From NCBI GenBank assembly GCA_041652575.1, contig JBAZHC010000003.1, forward strand, positions 143,052 through 207,051: a stretch of DNA of 64,000 nucleotides, in the 5' to 3' direction. Position 1 is the stretch's first letter; each line of letters begins with the position of its first letter. The stretch comes from Phycisphaerae bacterium (lineage in GTDB: Bacteria; Planctomycetota; Phycisphaerae; Sedimentisphaerales; UBA12454). Position numbers and translations under genes: made by a program. Positions 17,230 to 27,099 of the stretch are shown here, in pieces. Below the pieces are notes generated by a model. That model was not told the DNA's origin. It did not search any database and saw only the letters and a program-made list of their open reading frames with translations.

Positions 17230-19338
17230 ATGAGTGAAAATTTAGAACCGGTAACTGCGTTGTTCGGTAAAAATGTTTTTAACGATGGCGTAATGAGAGA
17301 ACGGCTGCCGAAAAATGTCTACAAAGAATTCAAAAAGACAATAGCCGAAGCCAGATTTCTCGATATGTCTCTGGCCAACGTGGTAGCAAATGCAATGAAA
17401 GACTGGGCAATTGAAAAAGGCGCAACACATTTCTGTCACTGGTTCCAGCCGATGACCGGCCTGACCGCCGAGAAACACGATTCGTTTATCTCGCCAACCG
17501 CCGAAGGCACTACCATTATGGAATTCAGCGGCAAGGAACTCATCCAGGGTGAACCTGACGCATCGAGTTTTCCGTCCGGCGGCCTAAGAGCAACTTTCGA
17601 GGCAAGAGGCTATACGGCATGGGATTGCACAAGCCCTGTGTTCATCAAGGAGACGGGCAAAACCGTCACTCTTTATATCCCCTGCGCATTCTGCTCATAC
17701 CACGCCGAGGCGCTTGACAAGAAGACTCCCCTGCTGCGGTCCATGGACGCTCTTAATAAACAGGCCGTTAGAGTACTAAAAGCTTTGGGAAATACCACAA
17801 CCAAAACTGTAGGCGCGACATTAGGACCGGAACAGGAATATTTCCTGATTGACAAGAAATTCTTCGAAAAAAGACTCGATATTCTGCTCACCGGACGCAC
17901 GCTGTTCGGAGCGGCTTCTCCTCGCGGACAGGAAATGAGCGACCATTACTTCGGCGCCCTGCACGAAAGAGTCGCCTCGTTTATGCACGATGTTAATATC
18001 GAACTTTGGAAACTTGGCGTATCGGCAAAAACGCAGCATAATGAAGTAGCACCGGCTCAATATGAACTGGCCCCGGTTTTCAGTACCGTCAATGTCGCTA
18101 CCGACCATAATCAGCTTGTAATGGAAACCCTGCAAAAGGTCGCATTAAGACACAATCTGGTTTGCCTGCTGCATGAAAAACCGTTCAAAGGCGTCAATGG
18201 CTCAGGAAAGCATAACAACTGGAGTATGGTAACCGACGACGGCGTTAATCTGCTCGACCCGGGCAGTACGCCACACGACAATATGGTGTTCCTCGTGATG
18301 CTTTGTGCCGTTATCAAGGCCGTAGATAAATATTCCAAACTGCTTCGTGCAACTGTCGCGACGCCTGGAAACGAGCACCGGCTCGGCGCTCACGAAGCAC
18401 CGCCGGCCATTGTGTCGATATTCCTCGGTGACCAGTTAACTGATATAATAGAACAACTGGCCGTGGGCGGAGCCAAATCCTCTAAATCCGGCGGACAATT
18501 GAAACTCGGCGTCTCTTCTCTGCCGCAGCTGCCGAAAGACAGTACCGACAGAAACAGGACTTCACCGTTCGCGTTTACAGGAAATAAATTCGAGTTCCGT
18601 ATGGTAGGTTCCAGCCAGTCAACTGCCGGCCCGATGTTTGTCCTGAATACCATTGTCGCTGATATATTAAAAGAAATCGCAGACGAGATGGAAAAGAGTT
18701 CTAATGTAAAAGTTTCTGTACAAAAGTTCCTGAGCAAAATCGCGAAAGAACACAGCAGAATTATATACAACGGCGACAACTATACTGAAGCATGGGTCAA
18801 GGAAGCCGAAAAGAGAGGCCTGCCGAATATTAAATCGACCGTAGATTCCATAAAAACCATTATGGATGACGAAAATGTAAAACTGTTCGTAAACCATAAG
18901 GTTCTCAGCAAAGCCGAACTCAAGGCAAGAACGGAAATCCTGCTTGACGCTTACGGTATGACCATTAATTTTGAAGCGAAAACAACTTTGAATATTGCAG
19001 AAAGGCAGATTCTGCCGGTCGCAATCGAATATTCCGGCAAACTTGCCAGGGCCGCCGAGCGTATCAGTAACGCGGGAAGCGACCCGGCCACTCAAAAGAA
19101 AATACTCGATAAGACCTGCGAACTGATAAGCGAACTGAATAACAGCATTGAAGCCCTGAAAAAAGCAGTTGCCGATGCAAATGATATTGACAACACGGCG
19201 AAAAAAGCGGAAGATTTCAGGGATGCCGTTATCCCTGCAATGAGCAGGGTAAGGAAAGCCGTCGATGGCCTGGAAATGATTGTAGATGCCAAAATGTGGC
19301 CTCTGCCGACTTACGCTGAAATGCTGTTTGTAAGATAA
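17230..19338 (+). CDS. glnN: Glutamine synthetase, type III
   Basis: 702 aa. The N-terminus is typical of GS-III ([27 protein letters not shown]) and the catalytic region contains [13 protein letters not shown] and [10 protein letters not shown]. Confidence 0.93.
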   Translation: MSENLEPVTALFGKNVFNDGVMRERLPKNVYKEFKKTIAEARFLDMSLANVVANAMKDWAIEKGATHFCHWFQPMTGLTAEKHDSFISPTAEGTTIMEFSGKELIQGEPDASSFPSGGLRATFEARGYTAWDCTSPVFIKETGKTVTLYIPCAFCSYHAEALDKKTPLLRSMDALNKQAVRVLKALGNTTTKTVGATLGPEQEYFLIDKKFFEKRLDILLTGRTLFGAASPRGQEMSDHYFGALHERVASFMHDVNIELWKLGVSAKTQHNEVAPAQYELAPVFSTVNVATDHNQLVMETLQKVALRHNLVCLLHEKPFKGVNGSGKHNNWSMVTDDGVNLLDPGSTPHDNMVFLVMLCAVIKAVDKYSKLLRATVATPGNEHRLGAHEAPPAIVSIFLGDQLTDIIEQLAVGGAKSSKSGGQLKLGVSSLPQLPKDSTDRNRTSPFAFTGNKFEFRMVGSSQSTAGPMFVLNTIVADILKEIADEMEKSSNVKVSVQKFLSKIAKEHSRIIYNGDNYTEAWVKEAEKRGLPNIKSTVDSIKTIMDDENVKLFVNHKVLSKAELKARTEILLDAYGMTINFEAKTTLNIAERQILPVAIEYSGKLARAAERISNAGSDPATQKKILDKTCELISELNNSIEALKKAVADANDIDNTAKKAEDFRDAVIPAMSRVRKAVDGLEMIVDAKMWPLPTYAEMLFVR

Positions 19339-19370
19339 AGCTTATAAGTGCACAATTTGTTGTTAAATAA

Positions 19371-19401
19371 ATGGCCGATTTTTTTGGGGGAAATCGGCCA
19401 T
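19371..19401 (+). terminator. Strong hairpin between glnN and gltB (terminator or attenuator)
   Basis: ATGGCCGATTT-ttttggggg-AAATCGGCCAT is a perfect 11 bp stem. The downstream T-tract is poor. Confidence 0.55.
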
Positions 19402-19430
19402 TCTATGATATGATTTTATAAAGAAATAAA

Positions 19431-22400
19431 ATGACGATACTACAGAAAGATTGCGGATTATACGAAGTTAAAACCGAGCATGATGCCTGCGGTATAGGCG
19501 CCGTTGTAAATATTTCGGGCAAAGCCGACCATTCCATTATAAACTACGGCAAAGAAATCCTGATAAACCTTCACCACCGCGGAGCGGCAGGCGCCGATGA
19601 AACAACAGGCGACGGTGCAGGTATTTTATTCCAGATTCCGCACGAGTTTTTTTTTGCACAGGCTGAAAAACTCGGCATAAATCTGCCGCAGGCCGGCAAA
19701 TACGCCGTAGGAATGATTTTCTCCCCTAAAGATGACCAGCTTCGCAAGAAATGTTTTTCAATTCTCGCCCAGGCAATCGAACTGCACGGAATGAAAATTC
19801 TCGGACAGCGTATCGTACCGGTCAAGCCTGACTGTCTCGGTAAAATAGCGCTTCAGGCAGAGCCGCATGTCAGTCAGATTTTTGTAGAGACCGGCGGTTT
19901 TCAGGACGCAGAACTCGAAAGAAAACTGTTTCTGGCCCGTAAGAAAACCGAAAAACAGGTAAGAGAAAATTTCGGTGATGCGGGCAGCGATTTTTATATC
20001 TGCTCGCTGAGCGGCAGAACAATCTGCTACAAAGGTATGTTTATGGCCTGGCAGTTGTTCGCTTACTATCCCGATTTGGCGGATGAAAATCTCAAAAGCG
20101 CTCTGGCTATAGTTCATCAAAGATACAGCACGAACACATTTCCGAACTGGCGGCTCGCTCAGCCTTTCCGCTGCATCGCCCATAACGGCGAAATCAATAC
20201 TCTCAGCGGAAACAAAAATTGTATGCAGACAAGAGAATATAAAATGTCCTGCGAAAAATTCGGCGAGTATATGCCGGATGTGCTGCCGGTACTTACACCG
20301 CAGGGAAGCGACTCGGCATGTTTCGACAACGCACTTGAGCTGCTTGTGCAGGCGGGGCGCACCCTGCCGCACGCTATGATGATGATGATTCCTGAAGCCT
20401 TTGGCGCAAAATATCATATAAGCACGGACAAACGTGCATTCTACGAATATCACTCCTCGATTATGGAGCCATGGGACGGCCCTGCCGCGATGGTCTTCAC
20501 CGATGGTCAAATCATCGGCGGAACGCTTGACAGAAACGGTCTGCGGCCCTGCCGATATATCGTAACAACGGACGGCCTTGCCATTCTGGCCAGTGAAGCC
20601 GGTGTAGTGGAATTTCCACCCGAAAAAATCCAGAAGAAAGGCCGGCTTCAGCCCGGTCACATGTTCCTCGTCGATACTGTCGAAGGCCGGATAGTTACCG
20701 ACAACGAAATCAAAAGCAAAATTTCCCGGCAGACACCGTATCGGCGATGGCTCGAAGAAAACCGCATCGAACTGCGGGGACTTTTCGACAGTCCCAAACT
20801 CGTAACGAGCGATTCGGAAACCATTTTCCGGCGGTTGCGTATGTTCGGTTTTACCCGTGAGGAATTAAGAATGATTCTTACGCCTATGGCGGTCAACGGG
20901 CAGGAGCCGGTCGGCTCGATGGGCAACGATGCGGCGCTGGCCGTGCTGAGCAATAAACCAAAATTGCTGTTTAATTATTTCAAACAGCTCTTTGCGCAGG
21001 TTACTAACCCGCCGATTGACCCGCTGCGTGAAGGTCTGGTAATGAGCCTGATGGGCTTTACCGGCAGAAGACAGAATATTCTCGAAGAGACGCCGCAGCA
21101 CTGCAGACAGCTTAAACTTCCTCATCCGGTTCTGACAAACGAAGATGTCGAGCGTCTGCGTTCGGTAAAGATGAAAGATTTCAAGGTCGCCACAATATCG
21201 GCGCTTTTCGACGCACAAACAAATGACCCTGCAGGTTCCCTGCGATACGGAATCGACAGACTTGTAAGCGATGCCCAGGCAGCCATAAAAAATGGCGCCT
21301 GCCTGCTGATAATCAGCGACAGGAATTCGTCTCAAAATCTTGTACCGATTCCATCGCTGCTGGCGACCGCTGCCGTACACAATGGCCTGCTTAAAGTGGG
21401 ACTAAGAGCCGAGGCGGGTATTATCGTCGAAAGCGGCGAACCGAGAGAAGTAATGCACTTCTGTCTGCTGTGCGGATACGGGGCAAATGCGGTAAATCCT
21501 TACCTTGCCTTCGAATGTCTCTACGAATTACAAAGACAAGGCGAGCTATCGGCCAATATGGAGCCTGTTCAAATCGCTGATAATTACATCGCCGCGATTA
21601 AAAAAGGCATTCTCAAAACAATGAGCAAGATGGGAATTTCGACGCTGAGAAGTTATCATACCGCCCAGCTTTTCGAGGCGATAGGACTCAATAAAGCGTT
21701 TGTAGGCGAATTCTTCACAAATACCAGCTCACGCATTGAGGGCATAGGCCTTGAGGAAATAGCAAAAGAAACACTTCTTCGGCACGGATATGCGTTTGAG
21801 CCGAGAAAAAGCGGCCAGCTCGAACTGGATTTCGGCGGCGAATATTATTTCAGAAACTTCGGCGAAGCACATCTGTGGAATCCGACGACAGTCTCCCGTC
21901 TTCAGCATGCCGTAAAAAATAACGACCAAAAAGCTTATGACGAATACGCAAACGCGGTCAATCAGCAGGGAGAAAAACTTTGTACCCTGCGCGGCCTTTT
22001 TGAATTCAAACAGCCCCAGCCGATTCCTATCGAAGAGGTTGAGCCGGCAGAGGAAATAGTAAAAAGATTCTGCACCGGTGCTATGAGCCACGGCTCGATA
22101 AGCAAAGAAGCTCACGAGTGCATGGCGATGGCAATGAACAAAATCGGCGGTATGAGCAATACCGGCGAAGGCGGCGAAGACGAAGAAAGATATATCGAAA
22201 AGCAAGGCGAGGTTTCAAAAAACTGCGCTATAAAACAGGTCGCCAGCGGACGGTTCGGCGTAACGATAAATTATCTCTCTCACGCCAAAGAATTGCAGAT
22301 TAAAATGGCCCAGGGTGCAAAACCCGGCGAAGGCGGACAACTGCCGGGCCATAAGGTAACAGAAGAAATAGCAAAACTGCGATATTCGACTGCAGGCGTT

Positions 22401-23987
22401 ACATTGATATCGCCCCCGCCGCATCACGATATTTATTCAATCGAGGATTTGGCGCAGTTGATATACGACCTCAAGTGCAGCAATCCTGGCGTAAAGGTCT
22501 CGGTCAAGCTCGTCGCCGAAATCGGAGTAGGAACCATCGCGGCAGGCGTGGCAAAAGGCAACGCCGACGAAGTTTTAATCAGCGGCCACGATGGCGGAAC
22601 AGGCGCAAGCCCCCTCAGTTCGATAAAGCATACAGGCTCTCCATGGGAACTGGGCCTTGCAGAAACTCAACAGGTGCTGGTTCAGAACAGCCTCAGAGAC
22701 AGAATAACCGTTCAGGCTGACGGCCAGATGAAAACCGGCAGAGATATTGTTATTGGCGCGTTGTTGGGAGCTGAAAGATTCGGTTTCGGCACAGCGGCAC
22801 TGGTTACCCTGGGCTGTACACTGCTTCGCAAATGCCACGAAGGCGCCTGTACCTTCGGAATAGCGACACAGGATAAAGAATTGCGGGCAAGATTCGCCGG
22901 TAAACCTGAATACATCGAAAGATTTATGTTTTTTGTCGCCGAAGAAGCCAGACAGATTATGGCCCGGCTCGGATTCAGAAAATTCGACGATATGGTCGGA
23001 AGGGTCGATATGCTTTGCACGAAAAAGGCGATCAGCCATTACAAGGCGAAAGGTCTGGACTTTTCGGCAATATTCTACAAGCCTGACATATCGGACGGCA
23101 GAGCCATAAGAAAAATCCATCCTCAGCAGGATAAACTGGCCGACCATCTCGATTGGCAGATTCTCGAAAAAATAAAAACCGCTATCGACGGCAGACAAAA
23201 AGCGACTGTTGAAATGCCAATCCGCAATGTCAATAGGACTGTCGGTGCGATAATCAGCAACTACATCGTGAAAAAATATGGTCCTAAAGGTTTGCCCGAT
23301 GATACAATCGAATTAAATTTTACCGGCTCGGCAGGACAAAGTTTTGGAGCGTTTCTCGCACCGGGACTTACGCTTAAACTGACCGGACAGAGCAATGATT
23401 ATCTCGGAAAGAGCCTTTCAGGCGGCAGAATTATTGTCAAAACCCCTGAAAAGTCGCCTTTTATGGCCCATGAAAATATTATCGTCGGCAACACCCTGCT
23501 GTACGGTGCTACGAAAGGCCAGGCTTTCATTAACGGTATGGCGGGTGAGCGGTTTGCCGTCAGAAACAGCGGCGCGATTGCCGTCGTGGAAGGTCTCGGC
23601 GACCACGGCTGTGAATATATGACCGGCGGAACAGTTGTTGTGCTCGGGAAAACCGGCTGTAATTTCGGCGCTGGCATGAGCGGCGGTATCGCTTACGTCC
23701 TCGATGAGATGCAATTATTCGATACGCTCTGCAATCTCGATATGGTTGAGCTTGAGAGTATGCGGCTGGACGAGGATAAAGAACTTTTAAAAGAACTTAT
23801 CGAGAAACATTATAAATGGACACAAAGCAAACAGGCTCAGAGGATTTTAAATTCCTGGACTGATATGCTCGGCAGATTTGTAAAAGTTGTGCCGATTGAT
23901 TATCGAAAGGCGCTCGAAAAGATGCGCGCAGCCGAACAGCGGCATACCGAAACAACGCCTGCGACTGAAGAGGTGTTCTATGGCTGA
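19431..23987 (+). CDS. gltB: Glutamate synthase large subunit
   Basis: 1518 aa. The N-terminal amidotransferase Cys is in EHDACGIGAV. FMN/Fe-S and GXGXG domains follow (TGGTVVVLGKTGCNFGAGMSGG). Confidence 0.97.
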   Translation: MTILQKDCGLYEVKTEHDACGIGAVVNISGKADHSIINYGKEILINLHHRGAAGADETTGDGAGILFQIPHEFFFAQAEKLGINLPQAGKYAVGMIFSPKDDQLRKKCFSILAQAIELHGMKILGQRIVPVKPDCLGKIALQAEPHVSQIFVETGGFQDAELERKLFLARKKTEKQVRENFGDAGSDFYICSLSGRTICYKGMFMAWQLFAYYPDLADENLKSALAIVHQRYSTNTFPNWRLAQPFRCIAHNGEINTLSGNKNCMQTREYKMSCEKFGEYMPDVLPVLTPQGSDSACFDNALELLVQAGRTLPHAMMMMIPEAFGAKYHISTDKRAFYEYHSSIMEPWDGPAAMVFTDGQIIGGTLDRNGLRPCRYIVTTDGLAILASEAGVVEFPPEKIQKKGRLQPGHMFLVDTVEGRIVTDNEIKSKISRQTPYRRWLEENRIELRGLFDSPKLVTSDSETIFRRLRMFGFTREELRMILTPMAVNGQEPVGSMGNDAALAVLSNKPKLLFNYFKQLFAQVTNPPIDPLREGLVMSLMGFTGRRQNILEETPQHCRQLKLPHPVLTNEDVERLRSVKMKDFKVATISALFDAQTNDPAGSLRYGIDRLVSDAQAAIKNGACLLIISDRNSSQNLVPIPSLLATAAVHNGLLKVGLRAEAGIIVESGEPREVMHFCLLCGYGANAVNPYLAFECLYELQRQGELSANMEPVQIADNYIAAIKKGILKTMSKMGISTLRSYHTAQLFEAIGLNKAFVGEFFTNTSSRIEGIGLEEIAKETLLRHGYAFEPRKSGQLELDFGGEYYFRNFGEAHLWNPTTVSRLQHAVKNNDQKAYDEYANAVNQQGEKLCTLRGLFEFKQPQPIPIEEVEPAEEIVKRFCTGAMSHGSISKEAHECMAMAMNKIGGMSNTGEGGEDEERYIEKQGEVSKNCAIKQVASGRFGVTINYLSHAKELQIKMAQGAKPGEGGQLPGHKVTEEIAKLRYSTAGVTLISPPPHHDIYSIEDLAQLIYDLKCSNPGVKVSVKLVAEIGVGTIAAGVAKGNADEVLISGHDGGTGASPLSSIKHTGSPWELGLAETQQVLVQNSLRDRITVQADGQMKTGRDIVIGALLGAERFGFGTAALVTLGCTLLRKCHEGACTFGIATQDKELRARFAGKPEYIERFMFFVAEEARQIMARLGFRKFDDMVGRVDMLCTKKAISHYKAKGLDFSAIFYKPDISDGRAIRKIHPQQDKLADHLDWQILEKIKTAIDGRQKATVEMPIRNVNRTVGAIISNYIVKKYGPKGLPDDTIELNFTGSAGQSFGAFLAPGLTLKLTGQSNDYLGKSLSGGRIIVKTPEKSPFMAHENIIVGNTLLYGATKGQAFINGMAGERFAVRNSGAIAVVEGLGDHGCEYMTGGTVVVLGKTGCNFGAGMSGGIAYVLDEMQLFDTLCNLDMVELESMRLDEDKELLKELIEKHYKWTQSKQAQRILNSWTDMLGRFVKVVPIDYRKALEKMRAAEQRHTETTPATEEVFYG

Positions 23988-25401
23988 GATAAAAGGATTT
24001 GTAAAATATAAACGTAAAAAAACAGGTTACCGGCCGATTGAGCAGAGAATCCTCGATTATAAAGAGGTCGAACTTGCTCTTACGCCTGAAGATATTATGC
24101 AGCAGGCGGCAAGATGTATAGACTGCGGAATACCGTTCTGTCACGGTCTCGGCTGTCCGCTCGGAAATAATATACCCGAATTCAACGATATGATTTACAA
24201 AGGTCAGTGGCAAAAGGCCTGCGAACTTCTCCATTCGACAAATAATTTTCCGGAAATCACAGGCCGAATCTGCCCCGCACCCTGTGAAACAGCCTGTACG
24301 CTTGCGATAAACGATGAGCCTGTGTTCATAAGACACATCGAATACCAGATTGTCGAACGCGGCTTCAAAGAAGGCTGGATAAAACCGATTATCGCCAGAC
24401 AAAAAACGGGCAAAAGAATTGCGATTATCGGTTCTGGCCCTGCCGGACTTGCCGCGGCGCAGGAACTCGCAAGAGCCGGACACAATGTTGTCGTATTCGA
24501 AAAAGACGATAAAATAGGCGGCCTTTTACGATATGGCATTCCTGATTTCAAACTCGAAAAAAATATCATCGACCGCAGAATCGCTCAGCTTGCCGCTGAA
24601 GGCGTCCAGTTTCAGACCGGCGTCGAAGTCGGCAAAGACATTTCGGCTCACTACCTCAAAAAAATGTTCAATTGCATCTGCATTACGATGGGAGCAGGCG
24701 AACCGAGGGACCTTGCCGTTACAGGCAGAGGATATGAGAACGTAGTATTTGCCTGGGATTATCTTGTCGGACAGAATAAAATCTGCGCAGACGGACAAAT
24801 CGAAGGGAAAATAATCTCCGCCCGGGACAAAACTGTCGTCGTAATAGGCGGCGGCGATACCGGAAGCGATTGCGTCGGAACCGCCCGCAGACAAGGCGCC
24901 AAAAAGATTTATCAGCTTGAAATTCTGCCCAAGCCCCCGAACGTCCGACCGGAAGATACGCCCTGGCCGAACTGGCCGAGAATTATGAGAACTTCTTCCT
25001 CGCACGAAGAAGGCTGCGAAAGACTTTGGAGCGTTAAAACGACAAAAATTTCAGGTACGGATACGAGTGTCAGCGAACTGAACGGCTGCCAGGTCGAATG
25101 GATAAAAACGTCCAGAGGCTGGAACATAAAAGAGATTCAGGGCACAGAGTTCAATATAAAGACTGACCTTGTAATCCTCGCTATGGGATTTTTGCATGTA
25201 AGGCACAATGGCTTTGTCGAAAGCCTCGGACTCAAACTTGACGAAAACGGCAATATCGCCGTCAGTGATTTCCAGACAAGCGACCCTGCCGTTTTTGCCG
25301 CAGGCGACTCTGTACTCGGTGCCTCTCTGGTCGTAAAGGCCATCGACACCGGCAGAAAAGCCGCAGACAAAATTAATAAATGGCTTATGGACAACAGATA
25401 A
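23980..25401 (+). CDS. gltD: Glutamate synthase small subunit (NAD(P)H-dependent)
   Basis: MAEIKGFVKYKRKK..., the Fe-S cysteines (RCIDCGIPFCH, CPAPCETAC) and the dinucleotide motif IAIIGSGPAGLAAA. The ATG overlaps the gltB stop (ATGGCTGA). The upstream extension in the ORF track is rejected. Confidence 0.95.
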   Translation: MAEIKGFVKYKRKKTGYRPIEQRILDYKEVELALTPEDIMQQAARCIDCGIPFCHGLGCPLGNNIPEFNDMIYKGQWQKACELLHSTNNFPEITGRICPAPCETACTLAINDEPVFIRHIEYQIVERGFKEGWIKPIIARQKTGKRIAIIGSGPAGLAAAQELARAGHNVVVFEKDDKIGGLLRYGIPDFKLEKNIIDRRIAQLAAEGVQFQTGVEVGKDISAHYLKKMFNCICITMGAGEPRDLAVTGRGYENVVFAWDYLVGQNKICADGQIEGKIISARDKTVVVIGGGDTGSDCVGTARRQGAKKIYQLEILPKPPNVRPEDTPWPNWPRIMRTSSSHEEGCERLWSVKTTKISGTDTSVSELNGCQVEWIKTSRGWNIKEIQGTEFNIKTDLVILAMGFLHVRHNGFVESLGLKLDENGNIAVSDFQTSDPAVFAAGDSVLGASLVVKAIDTGRKAADKINKWLMDNR

Positions 25402-25436
25402 ATATTCTGTAAAATAGTCGAAAAACGGGAAATAAA

Positions 25437-27077
25437 ATGAGTTTAAGAACGGGCCTGGCACAAATCAATACCTCCGTTGGGGATTTTGCCGGAAATATTG
25501 ATAAAATAAAACAGATGTACGTCCGCGCAAAGGATGCGAACGTCGATTTGCTTATTTTCCCGGAATTAAGCGTTTGCGGCTATCCTCCCGAAGATTTATT
25601 GCTCAAAAAACACTTCCTCGCTGAAAACAAAAAAGCCGTCGAAAAAATCGCAAATGATTGCCCGGATATTACGATAATGACAGGGTTCGCCGAGGTCGAT
25701 GACGGACTTTGCCACAATTCGCTCGCCGTCCTGCAATCGGGAAAAATTTTAAAAGTTTACCGAAAAGCCCTGCTTCCCAATTACGGCGTCTTTGACGAAA
25801 AAAGATATTTTTCCGCCGGTTCCGAGCCGGTTGTTGTAAAAATAAATAATATATCCGTCGTTTGTACGATATGCGAGGACATCTGGGAGCTTCGCTGGCT
25901 CAAAGATTTCCTCTCTCCCGTTTCCGAGAAAAGTCTTATCGTTAATATCTCCGCTTCCCCGTTCCACGCGGGCAAAATCCATCAGAGATTAAGCCTCCTG
26001 CAGGACTGTGCAAAAATACTCAACTGCTCTGTCGCCTATTGCAACATCGTCGGCGGACAGGACGAACTCGTATTCGACGGCAGAAGCATTTTCGTTGACT
26101 CCGAAGGTAAACTTATCGCAAAAGCAAAGGCGTTTGAGGAAGATTTGCTTATCGCGGATTTGGAAGCCGGCGGGCATATAACATCCCAGTCGGTGCCGGT
26201 AAAGACTGATTATATCGAAGAGATTTATAAGGCCCTTGTGCTCGGCACAAAGGATTACATAAGAAAGAACGGTTTCAAAAAGGTTCTTATCGGCTTAAGC
26301 GGCGGAATAGATTCGGCCCTTACCGCGGTTATTGCGGTTGACGCTCTTGAGAAAGAAAATGTCATCGGCGTTACAATGCCGACAAGATTTAACGTTTCCG
26401 AAACGATAAACGACGCTGGAGTTATCGCGAAGAATCTCGGTATTGAATTTCATAACATCCCCATCGAGCCTGTGCTGGGAAGTTTCAACCAGGAACTTGC
26501 CAAAGTCTCCGGCTGGAGCGACAAAGGCCTTGCCTATGAAAATCTTCAGGCCAGAATCAGGGGCACAATCCTGATGTCGATGAGCAATCAGTTCGGCCAT
26601 CTCGTTTTGACGACAGGTAACAAAAGCGAAACGGCCGTTGGCTACTCGACTCTTTATGGCGATACCGCAGGCGGTTTTGCGGTAATAAAAGATGTGCCCA
26701 AAACAGTCGTCTATCAGTTAAGCGAATACGTAAATAAGCTGCACGGCCGGGAAATTATCCCGCAAAGCGTAATCAAGAGAATACCGACTGCCGAGCTTCG
26801 CTTCGACCAGAAAGACAGCGACTCGCTGCCTGAATATGATATTCTCGACGGAATTTTAAAGGCTTATATCGAAGAAGAAAAATCGCTGCCTGAAATTATC
26901 AGTCAGGGTTTCGACGCTCAAATGGTATTAAAGGTTATTGGAATGGTTGACAGAAATGAGTATAAACGGCGTCAGTGTCCGCCCGGCGTTAAAATCACGC
27001 CGAAAGCGTTCGGAAGAGACAGAAGAATGCCGATTACAAATCTTTATCGACAGCAGATTCCAGGAAAAAATATTTAG
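25437..27077 (+). CDS. nadE: Glutamine-dependent NAD+ synthetase (CN-hydrolase domain plus NAD synthetase domain)
   Basis: The N-terminal nitrilase-like domain contains FPELSVCGYPPEDL and CEDIW. The synthetase domain has the SGGIDS P-loop. Confidence 0.93.
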   Translation: MSLRTGLAQINTSVGDFAGNIDKIKQMYVRAKDANVDLLIFPELSVCGYPPEDLLLKKHFLAENKKAVEKIANDCPDITIMTGFAEVDDGLCHNSLAVLQSGKILKVYRKALLPNYGVFDEKRYFSAGSEPVVVKINNISVVCTICEDIWELRWLKDFLSPVSEKSLIVNISASPFHAGKIHQRLSLLQDCAKILNCSVAYCNIVGGQDELVFDGRSIFVDSEGKLIAKAKAFEEDLLIADLEAGGHITSQSVPVKTDYIEEIYKALVLGTKDYIRKNGFKKVLIGLSGGIDSALTAVIAVDALEKENVIGVTMPTRFNVSETINDAGVIAKNLGIEFHNIPIEPVLGSFNQELAKVSGWSDKGLAYENLQARIRGTILMSMSNQFGHLVLTTGNKSETAVGYSTLYGDTAGGFAVIKDVPKTVVYQLSEYVNKLHGREIIPQSVIKRIPTAELRFDQKDSDSLPEYDILDGILKAYIEEEKSLPEIISQGFDAQMVLKVIGMVDRNEYKRRQCPPGVKITPKAFGRDRRMPITNLYRQQIPGKNI

Positions 27078-27099
27078 CTGACAGCACGGATATAAAAAA

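Noticed and set aside
19349-19365. Possible sigma-54 promoter or palindromic site (GTGCACAATTTGTTG) upstream of gltB.
   Set aside because: There is no GG-N10-GC arrangement. The half-sites do not match the (T/A)ACA-N4-(T/C)GTA pattern, and there is no phased partner site.
19758-20660. A 300 aa ORF antisense to gltB. Similar long antisense or shadow ORFs occur at 9244-9837, 11190-11672, 16504-16986, 22575-23198, 23797-24483, 27034-27678, 45929-46573, 48475-49080, 53105-53698 and 57981-58598.
   Set aside because: Each lies entirely inside a confidently identified gene on the other strand. The translations are low-complexity or Arg/Ser/Cys-rich with no motifs, as expected for shadow frames of long genes.
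23887-23979. Upstream extensions of gltD, and similar ORF-track extensions of panB (to 7197), rhlE (to 49317), the xylR-like gene (from 60970), the adaptor (from 39030), the anti-sigma gene (from 36204) and GH99-like paralogs 1 and 2.
   Set aside because: The extensions overlap the preceding gene or AT-rich promoter DNA. They also lack family-typical sequence. Internal ATGs with an RBS or stop/start coupling give canonical N-termini or signal peptides.
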